From Candidatus Hermodarchaeota archaeon (GTDB lineage Archaea; Asgardarchaeota; Heimdallarchaeia; Hodarchaeales; Hodarchaeaceae): 32,000 bases of DNA. The stretch covers positions 16,431-48,430 of the forward strand of contig JBHLKY010000028.1 in assembly GCA_048886185.1 (NCBI GenBank). Reading direction: 5' to 3'. The translations under genes were made by a program, and so were the position numbers. Below, one piece after another: positions 1-10,381 of this stretch. A model generated the notes under the pieces. That model was not told the DNA's origin, searched no databases, and was given only the letters and a program-made list of their open reading frames with translations. Within the stretch, counting starts at the first letter, position 1. Each line of letters starts with the position of its first letter.

Positions 1-1
1 A

Positions 2-466
2 GGATTAGACGCAGTTAGTTCGTTTCTTGTTCCATATTCAGAGACCATTATCTCTGGCCTTCTTACATTAGGAATTTCACAAATAAAAGAATTCTACATC
101 AAAGATAATCCTATAGTATTCATTGATGAAGAAGATCCTAGAAATCCAAAGTATTTGGATATCTTGACTGTCCCTAGGGAATGGTTTGAGGAAAAACCTC
201 CTGAATCCTATTTTGGAGATGAATATTTTAGTTTTCTGACGAATGAGAACCTAATTAAAGTGGGATTTCGGCTAAAATCCTTAGATGGGAAAGGTAATAA
301 TTTCTTCAAATTAATTGTGTCCTCCACTGCATTAGAAAATGCTCAGATTTATAAAAAGGCAACAAAAATTCTTGGAAACTTTTCTGGTTATGTCTTTTCA
401 ACCGCAATAGGAAATATGAAGGTGTGTCCCCCTGCCCTTAAAGCTGTTGATGATCTTTTTATGTGA
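2..466 (+). CDS. hypothetical protein, 5'-partial (begins before the window)
   Basis: Frame +2 is open from nt 2 (GLDAVSSFLVPYSETIISGLL...) into the track ORF 155-466, so the TTG at 155 is probably internal. No family recognised. Confidence 0.7.
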   Translation, partial: GLDAVSSFLVPYSETIISGLLTLGISQIKEFYIKDNPIVFIDEEDPRNPKYLDILTVPREWFEEKPPESYFGDEYFSFLTNENLIKVGFRLKSLDGKGNNFFKLIVSSTALENAQIYKKATKILGNFSGYVFSTAIGNMKVCPPALKAVDDLFM

Positions 467-482
467 AATAGTTGATATACTA

Positions 483-491
483 TTTTTTTTT
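483..491 (+). terminator. oligo-T tract, candidate archaeal intrinsic terminator
   Basis: Run of 9 T, 16 nt after the stop at 466, between convergent genes. Confidence 0.4.
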
Positions 492-513
492 AACATCAAA
501 TTCAAATGAATCT

Positions 514-1881
514 TTAATTTATATCTCCGTATAGTTTTGAAATCTTTTCTCGCCAGACTGGAAATCCATCAGGATTTTTCGGATAATTCTCATATAATTC
601 TCGAGCTCTATCCATTCTTTTTAAAACGCCCCTGAATTTAAGAAGAGTTCTCAGGATTCTTTTACCACGATAAGCGCGCTGAAGAGTTTTAAAAAAACCT
701 CCAGATATTTCCCCAGTTGCATTTCCATATAATAAATCTCCTCCTTCTACGACTCTATTGTGAAAAACAGTATTTATTATCGAACTTGGTAAATGAATGA
801 TAAAATCTTTCATGATCGCTAATGGTGCATTCACAGGAGCAATAGTAGTCATGAATTCAACACTATAGTCCCAAAGATTTTTCATAGAAACATCATCATT
901 CTCTAAGGCTGAAGTGATTACCTTTCCAGCCGTTGCAGCAGCGTTAACAGAGATTCCTATTCCTCCACCATCTGTGGGTTTCACTTGGGTTCCTGAATCA
1001 CCAACAAGAAGAAATCCATTCCATACAAGATTATCCTGAGGACGACGAAGAGGAACTCTCCAAGCACCAGCATGAATTAACTTTGAGTTACGATAAAATG
1101 CCTTTTCTCTCTCCAGATATTGATTAAACTGAGTATGAGCGTTCAACTTATGTATTCTCATCACCCCTAGCCCTGCGTTCATTGAGGACTCTCCTCGTGG
1201 GAACTCCCAAAGATATCCACCTGGGCATAAATCTTGATCAAAAGATATTCGAATGAATTCTGGTGATTCAATTTCGGTTTGTACATCACGAACTTCACGA
1301 TAACAGTTACAAACATCCTTAGGGGCTAGTTCACGATCCATAAATGTTTTTTCAGGATCAAGTTTTTTCCGAAGTACCGCACCAACACCTGATGCATCAA
1401 CTACAACCTTTGCTGACATTTCGTGAATATTTTTATCTTCTCCCCTGTATTTAATGCCAACTACCTGATCTTGATTAATAATTGGTTCCTGTACATAAGA
1501 AGAGTCGTGAAGTTCTGCTCCAAAATCGATAGCATTGTTTAAAATTCTCATTCCAAGTTTAAATCGGTCAATGATTATCCCTGTTCCTCCTTTCTCTACC
1601 AATTCAAATTTGACTTCTCTATCTGGGGAAATTAACCAAGCACCTTTGATTTTTTGTCTGATTTCATCTCCTTTTGGAGGTTCTATTTTCGTAATCTTTT
1701 GAATGCGTTTAAAGTGTTCCCCACTTGTAGCATCACCGCATATTTTCACCCCAATCTTTTCTTTAGGTTGCCTATCGAGGAGTGCTACTTTTAATCCCTT
1801 ATTTGCTAATGTGGCTGCTGTTACTGAGCCTCCGGTGCCAGCTCCAACTACAATAACGTCATATATTACCATTAATTCCAC
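514..1881 (-). CDS. geranylgeranyl reductase family FAD-dependent oxidoreductase
   Basis: N-terminal YDVIVVGAGTGG dinucleotide-binding motif, ICGD, GYLWEFP and LVGDSG...PTDGGGI motifs. Alternative ATG start at 1872. Confidence 0.88.
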   Translation of the reverse strand: MELMVIYDVIVVGAGTGGSVTAATLANKGLKVALLDRQPKEKIGVKICGDATSGEHFKRIQKITKIEPPKGDEIRQKIKGAWLISPDREVKFELVEKGGTGIIIDRFKLGMRILNNAIDFGAELHDSSYVQEPIINQDQVVGIKYRGEDKNIHEMSAKVVVDASGVGAVLRKKLDPEKTFMDRELAPKDVCNCYREVRDVQTEIESPEFIRISFDQDLCPGGYLWEFPRGESSMNAGLGVMRIHKLNAHTQFNQYLEREKAFYRNSKLIHAGAWRVPLRRPQDNLVWNGFLLVGDSGTQVKPTDGGGIGISVNAAATAGKVITSALENDDVSMKNLWDYSVEFMTTIAPVNAPLAIMKDFIIHLPSSIINTVFHNRVVEGGDLLYGNATGEISGGFFKTLQRAYRGKRILRTLLKFRGVLKRMDRARELYENYPKNPDGFPVWREKISKLYGDIN

Positions 1882-1988
1882 CCAGAATTCACATTGATTT
1901 GATTCCAGATAAGTTCGTAATATAATAAGTATTTTGAGGAAATACTAATCTATTTTCTGATACGATTCTTTGGTAGGTAGAATTATTT

Positions 1989-3110
1989 TTATCCAAAAAG
2001 ACTGCCTAAGTCAGCTATCATTTTAGATTGAGTTTGTTTACGTTGTTGCAGCTGTTCTTTAAGATAATCTATACTATCAACAGTATTTGGATCCTGATTG
2101 TTAAGAATTGCAAGATACATGGAGATATAATCACCAAAATATGTAGCGGAGAACAATTGGCTCAATAAATTTTTACCTCTACCTCGAATTTCAATTATTT
2201 CAGCTTTTTTCTCTATTAACTCTTTTGTTATTTCGAATCGTAAGGTAATATTTGGATGTTCTGTTGGGAAACGAAAAGCAATGACAATAAATGGATTATT
2301 ATCAGCCCAAGATTCCCAACCTACGATATGATTATGGTTAAATTCGGGTAATTCTTCCGCCATGGCTAATATTTTTGCATTCTCATTTAGTTGACACTTC
2401 ATCCGATTAGCTATGCAGCCAAATGGAGACCAAATCACAGGAATGCGTTGATATAAACTTTGTGCAATTTGTTTCGCCTGATTTTCAGCAATTGGTTTCT
2501 CGAAATGAAATTCCTGTCTCATTTGACGGAATAATGAGATTGTTTCATCAATAGCAGGTTGATCATAAGGAATAATATTCATTGTTGTTAGGATCTTCAA
2601 TAGAGGAAAAAATAATAGTGGAAATGATGCTCTTGGTTGAAAACCAGAGGGAATTGGAAAGAAAGGAAGGGTTTTTTTTCTCAAAAATTCCTCAAGAATT
2701 CCTCCTGATCCAATTCCTACTATTTTAGCAGACTTCTGAAGTGCAGCTATCAAACATGATATAGTTTCTTCTGTATTTCCTGAATATGAAATAAGAATAA
2801 TCAATGTGTTTTTTGAGACAAAAGCAGGGAGATCATAACTTCGTTGGATAATGATTGGGATTGGTGATATCTTTTCTAGGTAAGTTCGGAGATAATCTCC
2901 ACTTACTGCAGATCCTCCCATTCCACAAATTACTATTTGAGAAACAGGTTCATTATATGAAATTGTATATTGACTCACGGAAATTTGTGCTGGAACCTTG
3001 AATGATTGTTGGAGTAATTCTTCAACTAACTCCGCCCATTTATAAACTATCTGGAACATGCCTTGGGAATCTAATTCAGAAATTTTGCCTAAATTATCTA
3101 GATGAATCAT
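1989..3110 (-). CDS. bifunctional phosphoglucose/phosphomannose isomerase (SIS fold)
   Basis: GMGGSAVSGD, SYSGNTEETI, KCQLNENAK and ELPEFNHNHIVGW motifs. Confidence 0.9.
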   Translation of the reverse strand: MIHLDNLGKISELDSQGMFQIVYKWAELVEELLQQSFKVPAQISVSQYTISYNEPVSQIVICGMGGSAVSGDYLRTYLEKISPIPIIIQRSYDLPAFVSKNTLIILISYSGNTEETISCLIAALQKSAKIVGIGSGGILEEFLRKKTLPFFPIPSGFQPRASFPLLFFPLLKILTTMNIIPYDQPAIDETISLFRQMRQEFHFEKPIAENQAKQIAQSLYQRIPVIWSPFGCIANRMKCQLNENAKILAMAEELPEFNHNHIVGWESWADNNPFIVIAFRFPTEHPNITLRFEITKELIEKKAEIIEIRGRGKNLLSQLFSATYFGDYISMYLAILNNQDPNTVDSIDYLKEQLQQRKQTQSKMIADLGSLFG

Positions 3111-3351
3111 TATCAGATCACTACCTTATCATTATAAATTCTCTAATTTTTTGGTATAAGCACTTTGAAACATTTCTTAAATAATAAATAAACATTCTAC
3201 AATCCTTTTCACGATAATATCCTCATGTTAGCAAGCTATTTCTTCAATACTTTAAATGGTCTTTTCAGAATTTGATGAAATCAATGTGACAACACACTCA
3301 AAGCAACGATCTCTCATGCTTAAAGAGTCAAATAACACTTAATTCTCTCAG

Positions 3352-3831
3352 ATGGCGATGAATATGGAAACTATATTCCTTCAAATATTACAATTTCTAG
3401 GTGATATAGGATATTATGCCCGAACAGAGGCAGAGAAAGAAATATTACAAGGTCTAGTTGATAAAGGATATGTACAGATCAAACATGGAACCAAGAGTAT
3501 CTTTCAGATTACTTCTGATGGTGAGCGACATTTTAACCGTGAAATGAATCCCAATACAACAATTGGTGATCAAGAATTTCTTGCCTGCCTTAAAAAAGCA
3601 TACGAAGATCTTGCCAATCCAATGAAACCTCTCGTGAGAATACCAGACATCAGACGAAAATTAAGTGAGAAAAGGATTCCTGACAGCTTGTTTAATCAAA
3701 AGATGTTGTCTCTACACGATCAAGGAATTCTTACTTTACAGACAGCACTATCAAAGTCACACGCGGTCCACGGTGGAATTGAATCAAACTCTGGAACAGG
3801 TGTGTTCTATTTTATGATGCTTGAGGCGTAA
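3352..3831 (+). CDS. two-domain winged-helix-like protein, RcaD-like C-terminus
   Basis: N-terminal wHTH-like segment (EILQGLVDKGYVQIK...FQITSDG) and a second wHTH-like segment (LVRIPDIRRKL...FNQKMLSLHDQGILTL...GGI...GVFYF). Six nt upstream of the ATPase gene. Family likeness is from recall. Confidence 0.6.
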   Translation: MAMNMETIFLQILQFLGDIGYYARTEAEKEILQGLVDKGYVQIKHGTKSIFQITSDGERHFNREMNPNTTIGDQEFLACLKKAYEDLANPMKPLVRIPDIRRKLSEKRIPDSLFNQKMLSLHDQGILTLQTALSKSHAVHGGIESNSGTGVFYFMMLEA

Positions 3832-3837
3832 ATAACG

Positions 3838-5205
3838 ATGACTATTGCGACATCCTTGGTTGTAGAGAATCCTTTTCATAATTTCACTGCACGCTCGGAT
3901 ATTCCAGAGCTTTTCAATCTAAATCGTCCGAATAAAGAAGCTCTGAAACAAGTAATCCGGTTTTTAGAAATTGTGAGAAGAAAAAAACGTGAATCAGTTG
4001 TTCTCCCGATTATTGCTGAAGCTGGCTATGGAAAAACACATTTTTATTGGGTTTTACGGGAATCAATCACAGATGCTTACGTGGTGTATATCCCAGTTCC
4101 TACTAATCCGAACCGTGTGTACTCACATTTTTACTTTGAAACAATCAAAGCTGGGGGCGCTCCTCTTCTAGAATACGTTGCAGATGCTTTAACCCAAAAA
4201 TATCGAAAGGTAGAACATGCAGCCATTAATTTCCCAGGTATGGGGAACATTGTAATTAATGGATTTTTTGCATTAAAAGATCCCGCTCAATCTAAGCTGG
4301 CTCTTAAGTGGTTGACTGGGTTTGATATTGACGATGATACCGCTAACTTTAAACGAACGATCATGGATGATGAAGAACTAGCATTAGCAGCATTAAAGGT
4401 TTTATTGAAGGTTATTGACAAACCTATCATTTTTTTCGTTGACGAACTTGAATCGCTGTTTATTTCGCTTGGTCCTGAGGCTGAACTGCAGTTTCTTGAA
4501 ACCCTGAAAAAAATGCATAATGAAGCTTCTAATTTTGTCATATGCTTGGCTTGTCTTACCACTCTGTGGGATACAATTCTTGATCTTTCAAGTACAGCAG
4601 TCCAGAGTCGTATTGAACCTCCTGTTGTCTTGAAACGCTTTTCAAAGAAAGATATCCAAGAATATTGTGCACAAATGTTACAAAACTTCCACCAAAAGTT
4701 TGAAATCATTCTACCAGCTGAAGATGCTTTATGGCCCCTTAATAAAGCTGATATTGAATCATCCTATGCCTATTCTCATGGTAATCCAAGAGAAGCAATT
4801 AAATGGTTGGCAGGTTGTATTGAGGAACGAAAAAATCCTTTACTAAAAGACCTGGAGAAAAATCAAAATCATTTAACAAAATTAAGTAAGCAAATTAAGA
4901 CAATTATAAATAATATGAAACAATATAGCGTTGGTATCCTACAAAAGAATAATGGTGCGTTCATCTCATTTTCTGGATCCGAAAAGAGAGTACTGGTTGC
5001 CCTTCCTCCTCTAAATGGTATAGATAATGTTTTTCATCAGTCTTATTGGAGTAATCTTAACAAGAATATTACTAGCGAGGATCACAATGAAATCATCTTC
5101 ATTGGGAGTATTCCTGAAAATATATTGGACAAAAACTTAGAAATTAAGATTTTCCCTGAATCAGAACTACAAAAACAATTTCAAGATTATTTAAAAGAAA
5201 TCTAA
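3838..5205 (+). CDS. AAA+-like P-loop ATPase (RcaG-like) with C-terminal alpha/beta domain
   Basis: Walker A variant AEAGYGKT, Walker B IIFFVDELE, lid motif HGNPREAI. Confidence 0.8.
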   Translation: MTIATSLVVENPFHNFTARSDIPELFNLNRPNKEALKQVIRFLEIVRRKKRESVVLPIIAEAGYGKTHFYWVLRESITDAYVVYIPVPTNPNRVYSHFYFETIKAGGAPLLEYVADALTQKYRKVEHAAINFPGMGNIVINGFFALKDPAQSKLALKWLTGFDIDDDTANFKRTIMDDEELALAALKVLLKVIDKPIIFFVDELESLFISLGPEAELQFLETLKKMHNEASNFVICLACLTTLWDTILDLSSTAVQSRIEPPVVLKRFSKKDIQEYCAQMLQNFHQKFEIILPAEDALWPLNKADIESSYAYSHGNPREAIKWLAGCIEERKNPLLKDLEKNQNHLTKLSKQIKTIINNMKQYSVGILQKNNGAFISFSGSEKRVLVALPPLNGIDNVFHQSYWSNLNKNITSEDHNEIIFIGSIPENILDKNLEIKIFPESELQKQFQDYLKEI

Positions 5206-5348
5206 TCTACAATGTAGACTTCCAATTTTATCTCTATCACTCCTTAACAGCCTTTTTATTATTAAAGTTTTTTGCCTAAAAACGATTTAATGGACTCTCT
5301 AAAATCGAGTCCTATAACTATTTCCTGTTTTAGAATGGAGAAATCTCA

Positions 5349-6452
5349 TTGAGTAAATCGTTTCAGGACCCACTCGTCATAAACAAACTAAAATCACAGA
5401 TTCACAAACTAGCGGCCGAATTCGGTGATCAACAGATTAGAATTTGTCATGTTTGTGGCACACATGAGTATACAATTTCTCATTGGGGTATTAGATCACT
5501 TTTGCCAACAAATATTGAAGTCATTGCAGGCCCAGGTTGTCCTGTATGTGTTTGTCCTAATGAGGATATCGAACAGAGTATTTGGCTCGCTAAGAAAGGC
5601 TATACTTTGACTACTTTTGGAGATATGGCACGAGTGCCTAGTAATCAGGGGTCTCTTCTCAAGGCACGTGCAGAAGGGGCTGATATTCGAGTTGTTTATA
5701 GTTTTCTTGATACTATTAAAATAGCAAAGAATAATCCTCATAATGATGTTGTCTTTTTTTCTATAGGTTTCGAAACTACGGCTCCAACTGTTGCCATTGA
5801 AATAATAAACAAGAGAATCCCTTCGAATCTTTTCATTTTAAGCTCTCATAGACTTGTTCCTCCCGCAATGAGAATTTTGCTTGAGCAACCAGATATCTCC
5901 CTGGATGGTTTTATTGCACCAGGACATGTTTCTGCAATAACTGGTTATGGTATTTATGAGTCTATTAGCAATGAACATCAAATTCCAATTGTAGTAGCAG
6001 GTTTTGAACCTGCAGATGTTATGTTTGGTGTTCTTGCAATTCTTCAGCAGTTATCTCACTCCCGTTCAGCAACAGAAAACATCTATTCGCGTGTTGTCAC
6101 ACGAGAAGGAAATAAAACTGCATTAAAAGCAATGCAAGAAGCTTACTCTGTTATTGATGCAAAGTGGCGAGGGATAGGAATGATTCCATTATCAGGATTG
6201 GAAATTAAGGAAAAATTCTCAGAACTCAATATCCGGATGAGAGAAGAGATTCATGTTAGTGATGGAATGGATATTCCTAAAGGCTGTAAATGTGCTGAGG
6301 TTATGTTAGGAAAGATATACCCAGAAAGCTGTCCATTATTCAATAAGAAATGTACTCCTGAAGATCCAATTGGTCCCTGTATGGTGGGTAATGAGGGAAC
6401 ATGCTCCATTCACGCAAAATATGGAGGACACATTAAATTCCAAGAAGAATAA
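5349..6452 (+). CDS. hypD: hydrogenase maturation protein HypD
   Basis: VCGTH, GPGCPVCV, GFETTAP and PGHVS motifs plus C-terminal Cys cluster (CKC...CPLF...CTP...GPCMV...EGTC). TTG start with upstream GGAG. Confidence 0.97.
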   Translation: MSKSFQDPLVINKLKSQIHKLAAEFGDQQIRICHVCGTHEYTISHWGIRSLLPTNIEVIAGPGCPVCVCPNEDIEQSIWLAKKGYTLTTFGDMARVPSNQGSLLKARAEGADIRVVYSFLDTIKIAKNNPHNDVVFFSIGFETTAPTVAIEIINKRIPSNLFILSSHRLVPPAMRILLEQPDISLDGFIAPGHVSAITGYGIYESISNEHQIPIVVAGFEPADVMFGVLAILQQLSHSRSATENIYSRVVTREGNKTALKAMQEAYSVIDAKWRGIGMIPLSGLEIKEKFSELNIRMREEIHVSDGMDIPKGCKCAEVMLGKIYPESCPLFNKKCTPEDPIGPCMVGNEGTCSIHAKYGGHIKFQEE

Positions 6453-6474
6453 ATGGAATTACAAACCATTCTAA

Positions 6475-8121
6475 TTAATCATGTAGATAGAATTTCATTA
6501 ATTGTCCTTCGTAGGGGCGAAGGACTAAGTATTTCCCTGTTTTTATTGATAAATTTAGATCATAACTGGAAAAAATTACTAGACAAGTAGGATAGGGATT
6601 CATTATCCTTACAGCCTTCTTGTGAAAGTTCAGAAAAACCAGAATTCCCTCTTGATCCACCTTTCGTTTATAAACAAGAACTTTTGTATTCTTTAGGGGA
6701 TCAAGCTCTAAAATACCTTCCCTAAGCGATTCTTCAGACTTTCTAAGATGTATTATGCTTTTAAAAAATGATAGCATTGATTTCTCATCATTTTCTTGCG
6801 CTAAAACGTTTATTGAAGATGAAGCTATTGATATAGGTAACCAAGGTTTAATGCTAGGATTAGAGGAAAAACCAGCATTTTTACTTGATGGAGTCCACTG
6901 CATTGGAGTACGACATCCATCTCGCCCGAAAAATTTTCCAATGGGAATTCCCATTACTTTAAGGGAAGCGATAGGATCTTTTAATGATTTTTTAGGAATC
7001 TTCACCTGCTGCATTCCTATTTCCTCCCCGTAATAAATGAAAGGAGTACCTCGTAATGTCAACAAAAGTAATGACATCAATCTTGCTTTCTTTTCATTAT
7101 TGCCATACCGTGAAATCATACGTTTTTCATCGTGATTTGAAAATACATAACAAGGCCAATAGGGCTCTTTTAATATTTTTTCCGTTTCCTGTATTGTTTC
7201 ATTAAATTTACGTGATGAAAAACGCTGTTTCATGAATTTAAAATTAAAAACTAAGTTTAAACCATCATTATTGTTACCATACAAAGGATAAATTATGGAT
7301 GGGCCTCCCATCCATGCCTCACCTACAAGTATCCTGTTGGGTGTATACGAATCTATTACTTTTCTGATTCTCAAACACATTTCGATCGTTTCGGGAAGAA
7401 ATGAGGTGTATTGTGGTTTCTGAAATAGATACGCTGTGGAATTATATGATGGAAGAAGTCGCCAACTATGTGGATTATTCCGAAAGTACTTATCTTCGAA
7501 AAGGACATGAATTATATCAAGACGAAAGCCATCTACTCCCTTATCTAACCAAAATTGCATGGAGTTTAACATTTCCTCCTGAACTTCAGGATTTCGCCAA
7601 TTCAGATCAGGCTGACACGGCAGGAATTGATGTAAGTAGAATTGTTTTGTTTGATCATCCCATTCCCATGCTGATCCTCCAATGATAGATCTCCAATTAT
7701 TCGGAGGTTTTTTACCATTTTTTCCTTTTCCTTCTATCCAGATATACCAATCGCGTTTGGGATTTGTTCTACTAGCTCTGGACTCTAGAAACCACTGATG
7801 TTCATCTGATGTATGATTTAAAACCATATCTAAGATTATTTTAATGCCTAGGGAATGTACATTTTTTAGTAATTCCTCAAAATCCTGCATTGAGCCATAT
7901 TCAGGATTTATTGACCGATAGTCTGAAATATCATATCCATAATCTTTTTGAGGTGACGGAAAAAAAGGTGAAAGCCAAATTGCGTCGATTCCAAGCTTCT
8001 GTAAATATTCTAGTTTATTAATTATTCCTTGGAGATCTCCGATCCCATTGTTGGTGCTATCAGCAAACGATCGAGGATATATATGGTAAAAGACAGCCTT
8101 ATGCCACCATTTCAATTCCAT
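6475..8121 (-). CDS. GH13 alpha-glucosidase / oligo-1,6-glucosidase
   Basis: YHIYPRSFADS, DYGYDISDY, DMVLNHTS, catalytic GFRLD, GEAW and SNHD, DGCRTPMQW. Confidence 0.93.
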   Translation of the reverse strand: MELKWWHKAVFYHIYPRSFADSTNNGIGDLQGIINKLEYLQKLGIDAIWLSPFFPSPQKDYGYDISDYRSINPEYGSMQDFEELLKNVHSLGIKIILDMVLNHTSDEHQWFLESRASRTNPKRDWYIWIEGKGKNGKKPPNNWRSIIGGSAWEWDDQTKQFYLHQFLPCQPDLNWRNPEVQEEMLNSMQFWLDKGVDGFRLDIIHVLFEDKYFRNNPHSWRLLPSYNSTAYLFQKPQYTSFLPETIEMCLRIRKVIDSYTPNRILVGEAWMGGPSIIYPLYGNNNDGLNLVFNFKFMKQRFSSRKFNETIQETEKILKEPYWPCYVFSNHDEKRMISRYGNNEKKARLMSLLLLTLRGTPFIYYGEEIGMQQVKIPKKSLKDPIASLKVMGIPIGKFFGRDGCRTPMQWTPSSKNAGFSSNPSIKPWLPISIASSSINVLAQENDEKSMLSFFKSIIHLRKSEESLREGILELDPLKNTKVLVYKRKVDQEGILVFLNFHKKAVRIMNPYPTCLVIFSSYDLNLSIKTGKYLVLRPYEGQLMKFYLHD

Positions 8122-8173
8122 TACGCTAACATCTCTACATAGTGATCCATAATTAAAATCGCAATAAAATCCC

Positions 8174-9022
8174 TTATTTTCTGCTAAACTCGCTTAGATT
8201 CATTTTATTGGAAAACTGACGCACCTTTCGCATGATAAAAGGACGTTTAATTCTCACTTGAAGCTTATGAAGATTTTTTCCAGCAATTCCTAACATAAGC
8301 ATATAGGAGGAAAAAACTTTATTCAAATCGAATATAGATCTCGGGCCTAGTTCCATTGTGACAATTCCTGAAAAGGATATTTCGTGTAAGAATTTTTTAA
8401 CAGGATCTAGTGGTATATCTCCTTCCGTTAACAACGGAAAATGCATATCTTCCTCCCGTGTTCCTCCTGAGATGTGAATATACCCTGTGGAACTTCGAAG
8501 ATAATTTAAACATGAATCAGGAAGATCTAAGTATTGATCACTGTTTGTTATCCATGAATGTGGAATATCAAAACACATCCCCAATTTACTGCCAACATTA
8601 GCCTGAGTAGTTTCAAGAAACTCTTGAAATTCTTCCCACGACTGGTAAGGCATGTTTTCGAGTAAGGGAAATGGCAATTTTTCTAATCTGTCATAGAATT
8701 TTTCTAGAGAACCACCTGCATCAGTTGGAGGATGAACCACTACTCCTATTGTATTCAATTCTCGTCTGTAATCAAGAACATTCTTAACAAATTGATCAGC
8801 AGAATACTCGGTTGTAGAGAGATCGATACCATAATCTTCGATATATGGTGCATGAATAACTGTTTGGGGAGCTTTCAATACGCGAGTAACATTTTCAATG
8901 TCATCAAAGACTGTTAGGTCAAATTCAATGTGCTGTAATCGAATAGTAGACGCAATTTCTACCCACATTGATGGAAGAATGTCTCCAACCCGTTGAATTG
9001 ATAATCCAGTTGTAAAAGTCAT
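8174..9022 (-). CDS. xylose-isomerase-like / AP endonuclease 2 TIM-barrel protein
   Basis: Metal-ligand pattern HAP, VVHP, LENMP, FDIPH, HISG, HFPL, MEL. Confidence 0.75.
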   Translation of the reverse strand: MTFTTGLSIQRVGDILPSMWVEIASTIRLQHIEFDLTVFDDIENVTRVLKAPQTVIHAPYIEDYGIDLSTTEYSADQFVKNVLDYRRELNTIGVVVHPPTDAGGSLEKFYDRLEKLPFPLLENMPYQSWEEFQEFLETTQANVGSKLGMCFDIPHSWITNSDQYLDLPDSCLNYLRSSTGYIHISGGTREEDMHFPLLTEGDIPLDPVKKFLHEISFSGIVTMELGPRSIFDLNKVFSSYMLMLGIAGKNLHKLQVRIKRPFIMRKVRQFSNKMNLSEFSRK

Positions 9023-9057
9023 ATCTTCACCTAGTATTGTTTAGTTGCTTTCGACCA

Positions 9058-10371
9058 CTACATGAAACTATGATCAGGAAAGTGAGGCTCCCAATCATCC
9101 TGAATTGTTCCACTGGCATACACCGTCATTTTTAAGTCTTCTAGAAGGTTCTTCTTAGCGTCTTGAATATCTTCAGGAGTAATTTTCATTATTTCCTCTT
9201 GAAATTCTCTTAAAAAGAGTGGATGACGGAATTTAACGAATTTCTGGGAAAGATCAATACCATAATTAGTAGGATCTTCGATTTCGGAGAGATATGCTCC
9301 CCAGGTTTCTTCCTTCAATACAGAAGTAATTTCCGAGGTGATCTCAAGGTCATGAAGGTGAGCTAGTAGGTCTATGACCTTTTGAAAAACATTTTCTATT
9401 TCATTAGGGGGAGTGATGAAAAAAATACTACTTATAGAGACGTCATTGAGCGCCTCAAAGCTGTAACGACAAACACTGGCTATTCCTTTACTGGTGATTT
9501 CACGATATAATAAAGAGGTTCGTGAATTCCCAATATAAGTGTTTAGCAACAATAAAGGTATAAAATTTGTCGATTGGACGCCTGGAGCTGTCCAAGTCAG
9601 AGTCACATAAGAAAGGGGTTTAGAAAAATCCTTTTTATGAAAAGAAATATCATTAAGAGTGTTTCTATGAGATATGTAGTTAATTTGGGGTGGATAAATG
9701 GGATTTATTTTTGGTTGAAGAATCGGATCGTTGAAAAGAGAAATTAAATACTGTTTTTCCACTTCAAGATCGAAACCTCCCACAAGAGTAACAATTGCAT
9801 TATCGAGTGAGTAATATCTAGAAACATAATCAATCATCATTTCATAAGTAATTGACCCAACAGAATCATGTGTTCCAAGAATATTGTGCTCTAGCGGTGT
9901 CCCTTTGAAGTGCTTTTTTCGGGCTTCATAGTTGGTATCGAATTCTGGCATATCTGCATATAGTTGAATCTCTTGCAATATAACCTGTTTTTCAGATTCA
10001 AATTCTTCTCTATTAATGACCTTATTAACTAATAAATCCTTCCAAATTTCAGCAGCTTGGTGTAAATTTCGTGTAGGTATCTTAGCATAATATAATGTAT
10101 GGTCATATGTGGTATAGGCGTTTAAATCGGCACCTAATCGGGTGAATGCTTCATTGATCTGTTTTGAGGTTCTATTTGGAGTACCTTTAAAGAACATATG
10201 CTCTAAGAAGTGGCTAATGCCATCATTTGATCCAGGGCCAAATCCACTTTCGTACATACTTCCAGCGTGAAACCCCACTGCAAATAGAGTTGTTTTACCC
10301 CCTGGAATAGAAATTAATTGGATTTTCAGATTATTATCCATCGTAACTATTTCTGATTGTTCAACACTCAT
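9058..10371 (-). CDS. M16 (pitrilysin family, M16B-type) zinc peptidase, catalytic subunit
   Basis: Inverted zinc motif HFLEH (GISHFLEHMFFKGT), NAYTTYDHTLYY, downstream Glu in EKQVILQEI. Confidence 0.93.
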   Translation of the reverse strand: MSVEQSEIVTMDNNLKIQLISIPGGKTTLFAVGFHAGSMYESGFGPGSNDGISHFLEHMFFKGTPNRTSKQINEAFTRLGADLNAYTTYDHTLYYAKIPTRNLHQAAEIWKDLLVNKVINREEFESEKQVILQEIQLYADMPEFDTNYEARKKHFKGTPLEHNILGTHDSVGSITYEMMIDYVSRYYSLDNAIVTLVGGFDLEVEKQYLISLFNDPILQPKINPIYPPQINYISHRNTLNDISFHKKDFSKPLSYVTLTWTAPGVQSTNFIPLLLLNTYIGNSRTSLLYREITSKGIASVCRYSFEALNDVSISSIFFITPPNEIENVFQKVIDLLAHLHDLEITSEITSVLKEETWGAYLSEIEDPTNYGIDLSQKFVKFRHPLFLREFQEEIMKITPEDIQDAKKNLLEDLKMTVYASGTIQDDWEPHFPDHSFM

Positions 10372-10381
10372 TTAAAATTCC

